This document shows positions 50,601-64,000 of a DNA stretch of 64,000 nt, in pieces; the first letter of the stretch is position 1; each line of letters starts with the position of its first letter. The position numbers and the translations under genes are program-made. The stretch comes from Antedon mediterranea (Eukaryota > Animalia > Echinodermata): assembly GCF_964355755.1 (NCBI RefSeq), contig NC_092671.1, positions 22,151,317-22,215,316 of the forward strand, given 5' to 3'. The notes beneath the pieces are model-generated. The model did no database searches, had not been told where the DNA came from, and was given only the letters and a program-made list of their open reading frames with translations.

Positions 50601-53600
50601 CGCCACAAACCAGTAGATGACTGAAGAGCTGACAATACTCTATTTATATGAAATAAATAATAAATCAATGAAAAATAATGCCATGCAACTGTGTTTCTGA
50701 TTTTAAAAAAGGTCCACTTGTTTAGGCCTGACATTTACACCCTCAAAATATCTCACTTTCAAAATCCATATTTATTTTCAATTTTAAAAAAAAAGAAAAA
50801 AAATATCCCTAGAGGTTCGACCCACTACTCAGAGCACTCAAACCTGAGCATTACCCGTTACGCCACAAACCAGTAGATGACTGAAGAGCTGATAATAGTC
50901 TATTTATATGAAATGAATGATCAATCAATGAAAAATAATGCCATGCAACTTTGTTTCTGATTTTTAAAAATATCCATTTGTTTAGGCCTGACATTCACAA
51001 CACTAAAAAATATCTCATTTTCAAAAAAAATATTTATTTTCAATAAGAAAAAAAAAAGCAATATCCCTAGAGGTTCGAACCCACTACTGCGAGAACTCAA
51101 ACCTGAGCATTACCCGTTACGCCTCAAACCAGTAGATGACTGAAGAGCTGATAATACTCTATTTATATGACATTAATAATAAATCAATGAAAAATAATGC
51201 CATGCAACTTTGTTTCTGGTTTTAAAAAAGGTTCACTTGTTTAGGCCTGACATTTACAACCCTCAAAATATCTCACTTTCAAAAACAATATTTATTTTAA
51301 ATAAAAAAAAAAAAGAAACAAAATATCCGTAGAGGTTCGAACCCACTAGTGAGAGCACTCAAACTTGAGCATTACACGTTACGCCACAAACCAGTAGATG
51401 ACTGAAGAGCTGATAATAATCTATTTATATGAAATTCATAATAAATCAATGAAAAATAATGCCATGCAACTTTGTTTCTGATTTTAAAAAAGGTCCACTT
51501 GTTTAGGCCTGACATTTACAACCCTCAAAATATCTCACTTTCAAAAACAATATTTTTTCAATTAAAAAAAAAAAAGAAATAAAATATCAGTAGAGGTTCG
51601 AACCCACTAGTGAGAGCACTCAAACTTGAGCATTACCCGCTACGCCACAATCCAGTAGATGACTGAAGAGCTGATAATACTCTATTTATATGAAATAAAT
51701 AATAAATCAATGAAAAATAAGGCCATGCAACTTTGTTTCTGATTTTAAAAAAGGTTCATTTGTTTAGGCCTATCATTTACAACCCTCAAAATATCTCACC
51801 TACAAAAAAAATATTTATTTTCAATAAAAAAAAAAGAAAAGAAATATCCCTAGAGGTTCGAACCCACTACTGCGAGCACTCAAACTTGAGCATTACCCGT
51901 TACGCCTCAAACCAGTAGATGACTGAAGAGCTGATAATACTCTATTTATATGAAATGAATAATAAATCAATGAAAAATAATGCCATGCAACTTTGTTTCT
52001 GATTTTAAAAAAGGTTCAATTGTTTAGGCCTGACATTTACAACCCTCAAAATATCTCACCGTCAAAAACAATATTTATTTTCAAATAAAAAAAAAAGAAA
52101 AAAAATATCCCTAGAAGTTCGAACCCACTATTGAAATCACTCAAACCTGAGCATTACCCGTTCGCCGCAAACCATTTTATGACTGAAGAGCTGATAATAG
52201 TCTATTTATATGAAATAGATGATCAATCAATGAAAAATAATGCCATGCAACTTTGTTTCTGATTTTAAAAAAGGTTCACTTGTTTAGGCCTGACAGTTGC
52301 AACCCTAAAAATATCTCACTTTCAAAAACAATATTTATTTTAAATTAAAAAAAAAAGAAAAAAAAAATACCAGTATAGGTTCGAACCCACTACTGAAAGC
52401 ACTCAAACCTGAGCATTATCCGTTACGCCACAAACCAGTAGATAACTGCGGAGCTGATAATAGTCCATTTATATGAAATGAATGATCAATCAATGAAAAA
52501 TAATGCCATTCAACTTTGTTTCTGATTTTAAAAACGGTCCACTTGTTTAGGCCTGACATTTACAACCCTCAAAATATCTCACTTTCAAAAACAATATTTA
52601 TTTTCAATTAAAAAAAAAAGAAAAAAAATATTCGTAGAGGTTCGAACCCACTACTGCGAGAACTCAAACCTGAGCATTACCCGTTACGCCTCAAACCAGT
52701 AGATGACTGAAGAGCTGATAATACTCTATTTATATGAAATTAATAATAAATCAATGAAAAATAATGCCATGCAACTTTGTTTCTGATTTTAAAAAAGGTT
52801 CACTTGTTTAGGCCTGACATTTACAACCCTCAAAATATCTCACTTTCAAAAACAATATTTATTTTAAATAAAAAAAAAAAGAAACAAAATATCCGTAGAG
52901 GTTCGAACCCACTAGTGAGAGCACTCAAACTTGAGCATTACCCGTTACGCCACAAACCAGTAGATGACTGAAGAGCTGACAATACTCTATTTATATGAAA
53001 TAAATAATAAATCAATGAAAAATAATGCCATGCAACTGTGTTTCTGATTTTAAAAAAGGTCCACTTGTTTAGGCCTGACATTTACAACCCTCAAAATATC
53101 TCACTTTCAAAAACAATATTTTTTTCAATAAAAAAAAAAAGAAAAAAAATATTCGTAGAGGTTCGAACCCACTACTGCGAAAACTCAAACCTGAGCATTA
53201 CCCGTTACGCCTCAAACCAGTAGATGACTGAAGAGCTGATAATACTCTATTTATATGAAATTAATAATAAATCAATGAAAAATAATGCCATGCAACTTTG
53301 TTTCTGATTTTAAAAAAGGTTCACTTGTTTAGGCCTGACAATTACAACCCTCAAAATATCTCACTTTCAAAAACAATATTTATTTTAAATAAAAAAAATA
53401 AAAAAAACAAAATATCCGTAGAGGTTCGAACCCACTAGTGAGAGCACTCAAACTTGAGCATTACCCGTTACGCCACAAACCAGTAGATGACTGAAGAGCT
53501 GACAATACTCTATTTATATGAAATAAATAATAAATCAATGAAAAATAATGCCATGCAACTGTGTTTCTGATTTTAAAAAAGGTCCACTTGTTTAGGCCTG

Positions 53601-55400
53601 ACATTTACACCCTCAAAATATCTCACTTTCAAAATCCATATTTATTTTCAATTTAAAAAAAAAAGAAAAAAAATATCCCTAGAGGTTCGACCCACTACTC
53701 AGAGCACTCAAACCTGAGCATTACCCGTTACGCCACAAACCAGTAGATGACTGAAGAGCTGATAATAGTCTATTTATATGAAATGAATGATCAATCAATG
53801 AAAAATAATGCCATGCAACTTTGTTTCTGATTTTTAAAAATATCCATTTGTTTAGGCCTGACATTCACAACCCTAAAAAATATCTCATTTTCAAAAAAAA
53901 TATTTATTTTCAATAAGAAAAAAAAAAGCAATATCCCTAGAGGTTCGAACCCACTACTGCGAGAACTCAAACCTGAGCATTACCCGTTACGCCTCAAACC
54001 AGTAGATGACTGAAGAGCTGATAATACTCTATTTATATGACATTAATAATAAATCAATGAAAAATAATGCCATGCAACTTTGTTTCTGATTTTAAAAAAG
54101 GTTCACTTGTTTAGGCCTGACATTTACAACCCTCAAAATATCTCACTTTCAAAAACAATATTTATTTTAAATAAAAAAAAAAAGAAACAAAATATCCGTA
54201 GAGGTTCGAACCCACTAGTGAGAGCACTCAAACTTGAGCATTACCCGTTACGCCACAAACCAGTAGATGACTGAAGAGCTGATAATAATCTATTTATATG
54301 AAATTAATAATAAATCAATGAAAAATAATGCCATGCAACTTTGTTTCTGATTTTAAAAAAGGTCCACTTGTTTAGGCCTGACATTTACAACCCTCAAAAT
54401 ATCTCACTTTCAAAAACAATATTTTTTCAATTAAAAAAAAAAAAGAAATAAAATATCAGTAGAGGTTCGAACCCACTAGTGAGAGCACTCAAACTTGAGC
54501 ATTACCCGCTACGCCACAATCCAGTAGATGACTGAAGAGCTGATAATACTCTATTTATATGAAATAAATAATAAATCAATGAAAAATAAGGCCATGCAAC
54601 TTTGTTTCTGATTTTAAAAAAGGTTCATTTGTTTAGGCCTGTCATTTACAACCCTCAAAATATCTCACCTACAAAAAAAATATTTATTTTCAATAAAAAA
54701 AAAAGAAAAGAAATATCCCTAGAGGTTCGAACCCACTACTGCGAGCACTCAAACTTGAGCATTACCCGTTACGCCTCAAACCAGTAGATGACTGAAGAGC
54801 TGATAATACTCTATTTATATGAAATGAATAATAAATCAATGAAAAATAATGCCATGCAACTTTGTTTCTGATTTTAAAAAAGGTTCAATTGTTTAGGCCT
54901 GACATTTACAACCCTCAAAATATCTCACCGTCAAAAACAATATTTATTTTCAAATAAAAAAAAAAGAAAAAAAATATCCCTAGAAGTTCGAACCCACTAT
55001 TGAAATCACTCAAACCTGAGCATTACCCGTTCGCCGCAAACCATTTTATGACTGAAGAGCTGATAATAGTCTATTTATATGAAATAGATGATCAATCAAT
55101 GAAAAATAATGCCATGCAACTTTGTTTCTGATTTTAAAAAAGGTTCACTTGTTTAGGCCTGACAGTTGCAACCCTAAAAATATCTCACTTTCAAAAACAA
55201 TATTTATTTTAAATTAAAAAAAAAAGAAAAAAAAAATACCAGTATAGGTTCGAACCCACTACTGAAAGCACTCAAACCTGAGCATTATCCGTTACGCCAC
55301 AAACCAGTAGATAACTGCGGAGCTGATAATAGTCCATTTATATGAAATGAATGATCAATCAATGAAAAATAATGCCATGCAACTTTGTTTCTGATTTTAA
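47700..55400. repeat. Higher-order repeat, ~2870-bp period (11 monomers, ~3 copies); boundaries approximate
   Basis: Near-identical ORFs at 48861, 51733 and 54602. Marker AATAAGGCCATG at ~48844, ~51716 and ~54585. Confidence 0.85.
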
Positions 55401-56649
55401 AAAAGGTCCACTTGTTTAGGCCTGACATTTACAACCCTCAAAATATCTCACTTTCAAAAACAATATTTATTTTCAATTAAAAAAAAAAAAGAAAAAAAAT
55501 ATTCGTAGAGGTTCGAACCCACTACTGCGAGAACTCAAACCTGTGCACTACCGGTTACGCCACAAACCAGTAGATGACTGAAGAGCTGATAACAGTCTAT
55601 TTATATGAAATGAATGATCCATCAAAGTAAAATGATGTTATGCAACTTTGTTTCTTATTTTAAAAAAAGGTCCATTTGGTTAGGCTTGACATTTAAAACC
55701 CTCAAAATATCTCACTTTCAAAAACCATATTTATTTTCAATTTTAAAAAAAAGAAAAAAAAAATCCCTTGAGGTTCGACCCACTACTCAGAGCACTCAAA
55801 CCTGAGCATTACCCGTTACGCCACAAACCAGTAGATGACTGAAGAGCTGATAATAGTCTATTTATATGAAATAAATTATCAATCAATGAAAAATAATGCC
55901 ATGCAACTTTGTTTCTGATTTTAAAAAAGGTCCACTTGTTTAGGCCTGACATTTACAACCCTCAAAATATATCACTTTCAAAAACCATATTTATTTTCAA
56001 TGTAAAAAAAAAGAAAAAACGTATTCCTAGAGGTTCGACCCACTACTCAGAGCACTCAAACCTGAGCATTACTCGTTACGCCACAAACCAGTAGATGACT
56101 GAAGAGCTGGTAATAGTCTATTTATATGAAATGAATTATCAATCAATGAAAAATAATGCCATGCAACTTTGTTTCTGATTTTAAAAAAGATCCATTTGTT
56201 TAGGCCTGACATTTACAACCCTAAAAAATATCTCATTTTCAAAAAAAATATTTATTTTCAATAAGAAAAAAAAAGCAATATCCCTAGAGGTTGGAACCCA
56301 CTAGTGAGAGCACTCAAACTTGAGCATTACCCGTTACGCCACAAACCAGTAGATGACTGAAGAGCTGATAATACTCTATTTATATGAAATAAATAATAAA
56401 TCAATGAAAATTAATGCCATGCAACTTTGTTTCTGATTTTAAAAAAGGTCCACTTGTTTAGGCCTGACATTTACAACCCTCAAACTATCTCACTTTCAAA
56501 AACCATATTTATTTTAAATTTAAAAAAAAAAGAAAAAAAATATTCGTAGAGGTTCGAACCCACCACTGCGAGAACTCAAACCTGGGCACTACCAGTTACG
56601 CTACAAACCAGTAGATGACTGAAGAGCTGATAATAGTCTATTTATATGA

Positions 56650-59600
56650 AATGAATGATCAATCAATGAAAAATAATGCCATGCAACTTTGTTTCTAATT
56701 TTAAAAAAGGTCCACTTGTTTAGGCCTGACAGTTGCAACCCTCAAAATATCTCACTTTCAAAAACAATATTTATTTTCAATTAAAAAAAAAAAAAAAAAA
56801 ATATCCCTAGAAGTTCGAACCCACTATTGAAATCACTCAAAACTGAGCATTACCCATTACGCCTCAAACCAGTAGATGACTGAAGAGCTGATAATACTCT
56901 ATTTATATGAAATGAATAATAAATCAATGAAAAATAATGCCATGCAACTTTGTTTCTGATTTTAAAAAAGGTTCACTTGTTTAGGCCTGACATTTACAAC
57001 CCTCAAAATATCTCACCTTCAAAAACAATATTTATTTTCAAATAAAAAAAAAAAGAAAAAAAATATCCCTAGAAGTTCGAACCCACTATTGAAATCACTC
57101 AAACCTGAGCATTACCCGTTCGCCGCAAACCAGTATATGACTGAAGAGCTGATATTAGTCTATTTATATGAAATGAATGATCAAACAATGAAAAATAATG
57201 CCATGCAACTTTGTTTCTGATTTTAAAAAAGGTCCACTTGTTTAGGCCTGACATTTACAACCCTCAAAATATCTCACTTTCAAAAACAATATTTATTTTC
57301 AATTAAAAAAAAAGAAAAAAAATATTCGTAGAGGTTCGAACACACTACTGCGAGAACTCAAACCTGAGCACTACCGGTTACGCCACACACCAGTAGATGA
57401 CTGAAGAGCTGATAACAGTCTATTTATATGAAATGAATGATCCATCAATGTAAAATGATGTTATGCCACTTTGTTTCTGATTTTAAAAAAAGGTCCACTT
57501 GGTTAGGCTTGACATTTAAAACCCTCAAAATATCTCACTTTCAAAAACGATATTTATTTTCAATTTAAAAAAAAAAGAAAAAAAATATCCCTTGAGGTTC
57601 GACCCACTACTCAGAGCACTCAAACCTGAGCATTACCCCTTACGCCGCAAACCAGTATATGACTTAAGAGCTGATAATAGTCTATATATATGAAATGAAT
57701 TATCAATCAATGAAAAATAATGCCATGCAACTTTGTTTCTGATTTTAAAAAAAGGTCCACTTGTTTAGGCCTGACATTTACAACCCTCAAAATATCTCAC
57801 TTTCAAAAACAATATTTATTTTCAATTTAAAAAAAAAGAAAAAAAATACCCGTATAGGTTCGAACCCACTACTGAGAGCACTCAAACCTGAGCATTACCC
57901 GTTACGCCACAAACCAGTAGATAACTGAAGAGCTGATAATAGTCTATTTATATGAAATTAATGATCAATCAATGAAAAATAATGCCATGCAACTTTGTTT
58001 CTGATTTTAAAAAAGGTTCACTTGTTTAGGCCTGACATTTACAACCCTCAAAATATCTCACTTTCAAAAACAATATTTATTTTCAAATAAAAAAAAAAGA
58101 AAAAAAATACCCGTATAGGTTCGAACCCACTACTGAGAGCACTCAAACCTGAGCATTACCCGTTACGCCACAAACCAGTAGATAACTGAGGAGCTGATAA
58201 TAGTCTATATATATAAAATAAATGATCAATCAATTAAAAATAATGCCATGCAACTTTGTTTCTGATTTTAAAAAAGGTCCACTTGTTTAGGCCTGACATT
58301 TACAACCCTCAAAATATCTCACTTTCAAAAACAATATTTATTTTAAATTTAAAAAAAAAAAAGAAAAAAAATATCCCTAGAGGTTCGACCCACTACTCAG
58401 AGCATTCAAACCTGAGCGTTACCCGTTACGCCACAAACCAGTAGATGACTGAAGAGCTGATAATAGTCTATTTATATGAAATGAATTATCAATCAATAAA
58501 AAATAATGCCATGCAACTTTGTTTCTGATTTAAAAAAAGATCCATTTGTTTAGGCCTGACATTCACAACCCTAAAAAATATCTCACTTTCAAAAAAAATA
58601 TTTATTTTCAATTAAAAAAAAAAGAAATGAAATATCTCTAGAGGTTCGAACCCACTACTGCGAGCACTCAAACTTGAGCATTACCCGTTACGCCTCAAAC
58701 CAGAAGATGACTGAAGAGCTGATAATAATCTATTTATATGAAATGAATAATAAATCAATGAAAAATAATGCCATGCAACTTTGTTTCTGATTTTAAAAAA
58801 GTTCACTTGTTTAGGCCTGACATTTACAACCTTCAAACTATCTCACTTTCAAAAACAATATTATTTTCAATAAAAAAAAAAGAAAAAAAATATTCGTAGA
58901 GGTTCGAACCCACTACTGCGAGAACTCAAACCTGAGCACTACCAGTTACGCCACAAACCAGTAGATGACTGAAGAGCTGATAATAGTCTATTTATATGAA
59001 ATTAATGATCAATCAATGAAAAATAATGCCATGCAACTTTGTTTCTGATTTTTAAAAAGATCCATTTGTTTAGGCCTGACATTCACAACCCTAAAAAATA
59101 TCTCATTTTCAAAAAAAAATATTTATTTTAAATAATAAAAAAAAAGCAATATCCCTAGAGGTTGGAACCCGCTACTGAGAGCACTCAAACCTGGGTATTA
59201 CCCGTTACGCCACAAACCAGTAGATAACTGATGAGTTGATAATAGTCTATTTATATGAAATTAATGATCAATCAATGAAAAATAATGCCATGCCACTTTG
59301 TTTCTGATTTTAAAAAAGGTTCATTTGTTTAGGCCTGACATTTACAACCCTCAAAATATCTCACTTTAAAAAAAAAAATTATTTTCAATTTAAAAAAAAA
59401 GAAAAGAAATATCCCTAGGGGGTCGAACCCACTACTGCGAACACTCAAACTTGAGCATTACCCGTTACTCCTCAAACCAGTAGATGACTGAAGAGCTGAT
59501 AATACTCTATTTATATGAAATTAATAATAAATCAATGAAAAATAATGCCATGCAACCTTGTTTCTGATTTTAAAAAAGGTTCACTTGTTTAGGCCTGACA

Positions 59601-62600
59601 TTTACAACCCTCAAAATATTTCACTTTCAAAAACAATATTTATTTTAAATTAAAAAAAAAAAAACCAAAATATCCGTAGAGGTTCGAACCCACTAGTGAG
59701 AGCACTCAAATTTGAGCATTACCCGTTACACCACAAACCAGTAGATGACTGAAGAGCTGATAATACTCTATTTATATGAAATAAATAATAAATCAATGAA
59801 AAATAATGCCATGCAACTTTGTTTCTGATTTTAAAAAAGGTCCACTTGTTTAGGCCTGACATTTACAACCCTCAAAATATCTCACTTTCAAAAACAATAT
59901 TTATTTTCAATTTAAAAAAAAAAATCCCTAGAGGTTCGAACCCACTACTGAAAGCACTCAAACCTGAGCATTATCCGTTACGCCACAAACCAGTAGATGA
60001 CTGCGGAGCTGATAATAGTCTATTTATATGAAATGAATGATCAATCAATGAAAAATAATGCCATGCAACTTTGTTTCTGATTTTAAAAAAGGTCCACTTG
60101 TTTAGGCCTGACAGTTGCAACCCTCAAAATATCTCACTTTCAAAAACAATATTTATTTTCAATTAAAAAAAAAAGAAAAAAAATACCCGTATAGGTTCGA
60201 ACCCACTACTGAGAGCACTCAAACCTGAGCATTACCGTTACACCACAAACCAGTAGATAACTGAAGAGCTGATAATAGTCTATTTATATGAAATGGATGA
60301 TCAATCAATGAAAAATAATGCCATGCAACTTTGTTTCTGATTTTAAAAAAGGTTCACTTGTTTAGGCCTGACATTTACAACCCTCAAAATATCTCACCGT
60401 CAAAAACAATATTTATTTTCAAATAAAAAAAAAAGAAAAAAAATATCCCTAGAAGTTCGAACCCACTATTGAAATCACTCAAACCTGAGCATTACCCGTT
60501 CGCCGCAAACCATTTTATGACTGAAGAGCTGATAATAGTCTATTTATATGAAATACATGATCAATCAATGAAAAATAATGCCATGCAACTTTGTTTCTGA
60601 TTTTAAAAAAGGTTCACTTGTTTAGGCCTGACAGTTGCAACCCTAAAAATATCTCACTTTCAAAAACCATATTTATTTTAAATTTAAAAAAAAAAGAAAA
60701 CAAATATTCGTAGAGGTTCGAATCCACCACTGCGAGAACTCAAACCTGAGCACTACCAGTTACGCTACAAACCAGTAGATGACTGAAGAGCTGATAATAG
60801 TCTATTTATATGAAATTAATAATAAATCAATGAAAAATAATGCCATGCAACTTTGTTTCTGATTTTAAACAAGGTTCACTTGTTTAGGCCTGACATTTAC
60901 AACCCTCAAAATATCTCACTTTCAAAAACAATATTTATTTAAAAAAAAAAAAAAAAAAAAAAAATATCCGTAGAGGTTCGAACCCACTAGTGAGAGCACT
61001 CAAACTTGATCATTACCCGTTACGCCACAAACCAGTAGATGACTGAAGAGCTGATAATACTCTATTTGTATGAAGTAAATAATAAATCAATGAAAAATAA
61101 TGCCATGCAACTTTGTTTCTGATTTTAAAAAAGGTCCACTTGTTTAGGCCTGACATTTACAACCCTCAAAGTATCTCACTTTCAAAAACAATATTTATTT
61201 TCAATAAAAAAAAAAAAAAAAAAATATTCGTAGAGGTTCGAACCCACTACTGCGAGAACTCAAACCTGAGCATTACCCGTTACGCCTCAAACCAGTAGAT
61301 GACTGAAGAGCTGATAATACTCTATTTATATGAAATTAATAATAAATCAATGAAAAATAATGCAATGCAACTTTGTTTCTGATTTTAAAAAAGGTTCACT
61401 TGTTTAGGCCTGACATTTACAACCCTCAAAATATCTCACTTTCAAAAACAATATTTATTTTAAATAAAAGAAAAAAAATTTCCGTAGAGGTTCGAACCCA
61501 CTAGTAAGAGCACTCAAACTTGAGCATTACCCGTTACGCCACAAACCAGTAGATAACTGAAGAGCTGATAATAGTCTATTTATATGAAATGAATGATCAA
61601 TCAATGAAAAATAATGCCATGCAACTTTGTTTCTGATTTTAAAAAAGGTCCACTTGTTTAGGCCTGACATTTACAACCCTCAAAATATCTCACTTTCAAA
61701 AACAATATTTTTTTCAATAAAAAAAAAAAAGAAAAAAAATATTCGTAGAGGTTCGAACCCACTACTGCGAAAACTCAAACCTGAGCATTACCCGTTACGC
61801 CTCAAACCAGTAGATGACTGAAGAGCTGATAATACTCTATTTATATGAAATTAATAATAAATCAATGAAAAATAATGCCATGCAACTTTGTTTCTGATTT
61901 TAAAAAAGGTCCACTTGTTTAGGCCTGACAGTTGCAACCCTCAAAATATCTCACTTTCAAAAACAATATTTATTTTCAATAAAAAAAAAAGAAAAAAAAT
62001 ACCCGTATAGGTTCGAACCCACTACTGAGAGCACTCAAACCTGAGCATTACCCGTTACGCCACAAACCAGTAGATGACTGAAGAGCTGACAATACTCTAT
62101 TTATATGAAATAAATAATAAATCAATGAAAAATAATGCCATGCAACTGTGTTTCTGATTTTAAAAAAGGTCCACTTGTTTAGGCCTGACATTTACACCCT
62201 CAAAATATCTCACTTTCAAAATCCATATTTATTTTCAATTTAAAAAAAAAAGAAAAAAAATATCCCTAGAGGTTCGACCCACTACTCAGAGCACTCAAAC
62301 CTGAGCATTACCCGTTACGCCACAAACCAGTAGATGACTGAAGAGCTGATAATAGTCTATTTATATGAAATGAATGATCAATCAATGAAAAATAATGCCA
62401 TGCAACTTTGTTTCTGATTTTAAAAAATATCCATTTGTTTAGGCCTGACATTCACAACCCTAAAAAATATCTCATTTTCAAAAAAAAACATTTATTTTCA
62501 ATAAGAAAAAAAAAAGCAATATCCCTAGAGGTTCGAACCCACTACTGCGAGAACTCAAACCTGAGCATTACCCGTTACGCCTCAAACCAGTAGATGACTG

Positions 62601-64000
62601 AAGAGCTGATAATACTCTATTTATATGACATTAATAATAAATCAATGAAAAATAATGCCATGCAACTTTGTTTCTGATTTTAAAAAAGGTTCACTTGTTT
62701 AGGCCTGACATTTACAACCCTCAAAATATCTCACTTTCAAAAACAATATTTATTTTAAATAAAAAAAAAAAAGAAACAAAATATCCGTAGAGGTTCGAAC
62801 CCACTAGTGAGAGCACTCAAACTTGAGCATTACCCGTTACGCCACAAACCAGTAGATGACTGAAGAGCTGATAATAATCTATTTATATGAAATTAATAAT
62901 AAATCAATGAAAAATAATGCCATGCAACTTTGTTTCTGATTTTAAAAAAGGTCCACTTGTTTAGGCCTGACATTTACAACCCTCAAAATATCTCACTTTC
63001 AAAAACAATATTTTTTCAATTAAAAAAAAAAAAGAAATAAAATATCAGTAGAGGTTCGAACCCACTAGTGAGAGCACTCAAACTTGAGCATTACCCGCTA
63101 CGCCACAATCCAGTAGATGACTGAAGAGCTGATAATACTCTATTTATATGAAATAAATAATAAATCAATGAAAAATAAGGCCATGCAACTTTGTTTCTGA
63201 TTTTAAAAAAGGTTCATTTGTTTAGGCCTGTCATTTACAACCCTCAAAATATCTCACCTACAAAAAAAATATTTATTTTCAATAAAAAAAAAAGAAAAGA
63301 AATATCCCTAGAGGTTCGAACCCACTACTGCGAGCACTCAAACTTGAGCATTACCCGTTACGCCTCAAACCAGTAGATGACTGAAGAGCTGATAATACTC
63401 TATTTATATGAAATGAATAATAAATCAATGAAAAATAATGCCATGCAACTTTGTTTCTGATTTTAAAAAAGGTTCAATTGTTTAGGCCTGACATTTACAA
63501 CCCTCAAAATATCTCACCGTCAAAAACAATATTTATTTTCAAATAAAAAAAAAGAAAAAAAATATCCCTAGAAGTTCGAACCCACTATTGAAATCACTCA
63601 AACCTGAGCATTACCCGTTCGCCGCAAACCATTTTATGACTGAAGAGCTGATAATAGTCTATTTATATGAAATAGATGATCAATCAATGAAAAATAATGC
63701 CATGCAACTTTGTTTCTGATTTTAAAAAAGGTTCACTTGTTTAGGCCTGACAGTTGCAACCCTAAAAATATCTCACTTTCAAAAACAATATTTATTTTAA
63801 ATTAAAAAAAAAAGAAAAACAAAATACCAGTATAGGTTCGAACCCACTACTGAAAGCACTCAAACCTGAGCATTATCCGTTACGCCACAAACCAGTAGAT
63901 AACTGCGGAGCTGATAATAGTCCATTTATATGAAATGAATGATCAATCAATGAAAAATAATGCTATGCAACTTTGTTTCTGATTTTAAAAACGGTCCACT
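56650..64000. repeat. Large duplicate of ~41000-49670 (offset 15636, then ~14330 after a 5-monomer loss near 60660)
   Basis: GTTTCTAATT 41061/56697 and ORFs 42620/58256 give +15636. ORFs 47296/61627, 48078/62408 and 48861/63191 give +14330-14331. Confidence 0.85.

Larger units (their letters stand above)
7690..64000. repeat. Satellite B, ~261-bp tRNA-derived tandem repeat (~200 monomers, runs off the window end; interrupted at 29398-30101 and 32108-33171)
   Basis: Unit TTTTAAAAAAGGTTCACTTGTTTAGGCCTGACATTTACAACCCTCAAAATATCTCACTTTC...A-tract...TAGAGGTTCGAACCCACTA...CATTACCCGTTACGCCACAAACCAGTAGATGACTGAAGAGCTGATAATA..CTATTTATATGAAAT...GCCATGCAACTTTGTTTCTGA repeats head-to-tail. Period from equivalent ORF starts, e.g. 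47296/47557 and 52777/53038, is 261 bp. Confidence 0.98.

Noticed and set aside
9000-63376. Dozens of 60-70 aa 'MFLILKKVHLFRPDIYNPQ...' ORFs as a peptide gene family
   Set aside because: Most begin at TTG/GTG rather than ATG. They cross a length-variable poly-A tract that shifts the frame at random, and they simply track the satellite period.
1-64000. CRISPR array, or a retron/DGR-like RT-plus-repeat system
   Set aside because: The repeats have no unique spacers and there are no cas genes. The RT is a truncated non-LTR LINE type with a 3' tail, inserted secondarily into the array.

Overview
Eukaryotic (probably animal) AT-rich heterochromatin with no host protein-coding genes. Bases 1-7688 hold an ~88-bp satellite (88, 77 and 87-bp variants) that inverts at ~4585. 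From ~7690 to 64000 runs an ~261-bp satellite of roughly 200 monomers. On the minus strand each monomer carries a degenerate tRNA-derived Pol III-like cassette: TATA at about -30, A-box with a pairable D-arm, B-box at tRNA spacing, and an oligo-T run. The core most resembles tRNA-Gln(TTG). The array is built of nested higher-order duplications and has two insertions. One is an ~0.7-kb non-autonomous Helentron/DINE-1-like element carrying two tRNA-Val(AAC)-derived copies (29398-30101). The other is a 5'-truncated L2/CR1-group LINE with an open RT frame (32108-33171). The many 60-70 aa ORFs are artefacts of the repeats.
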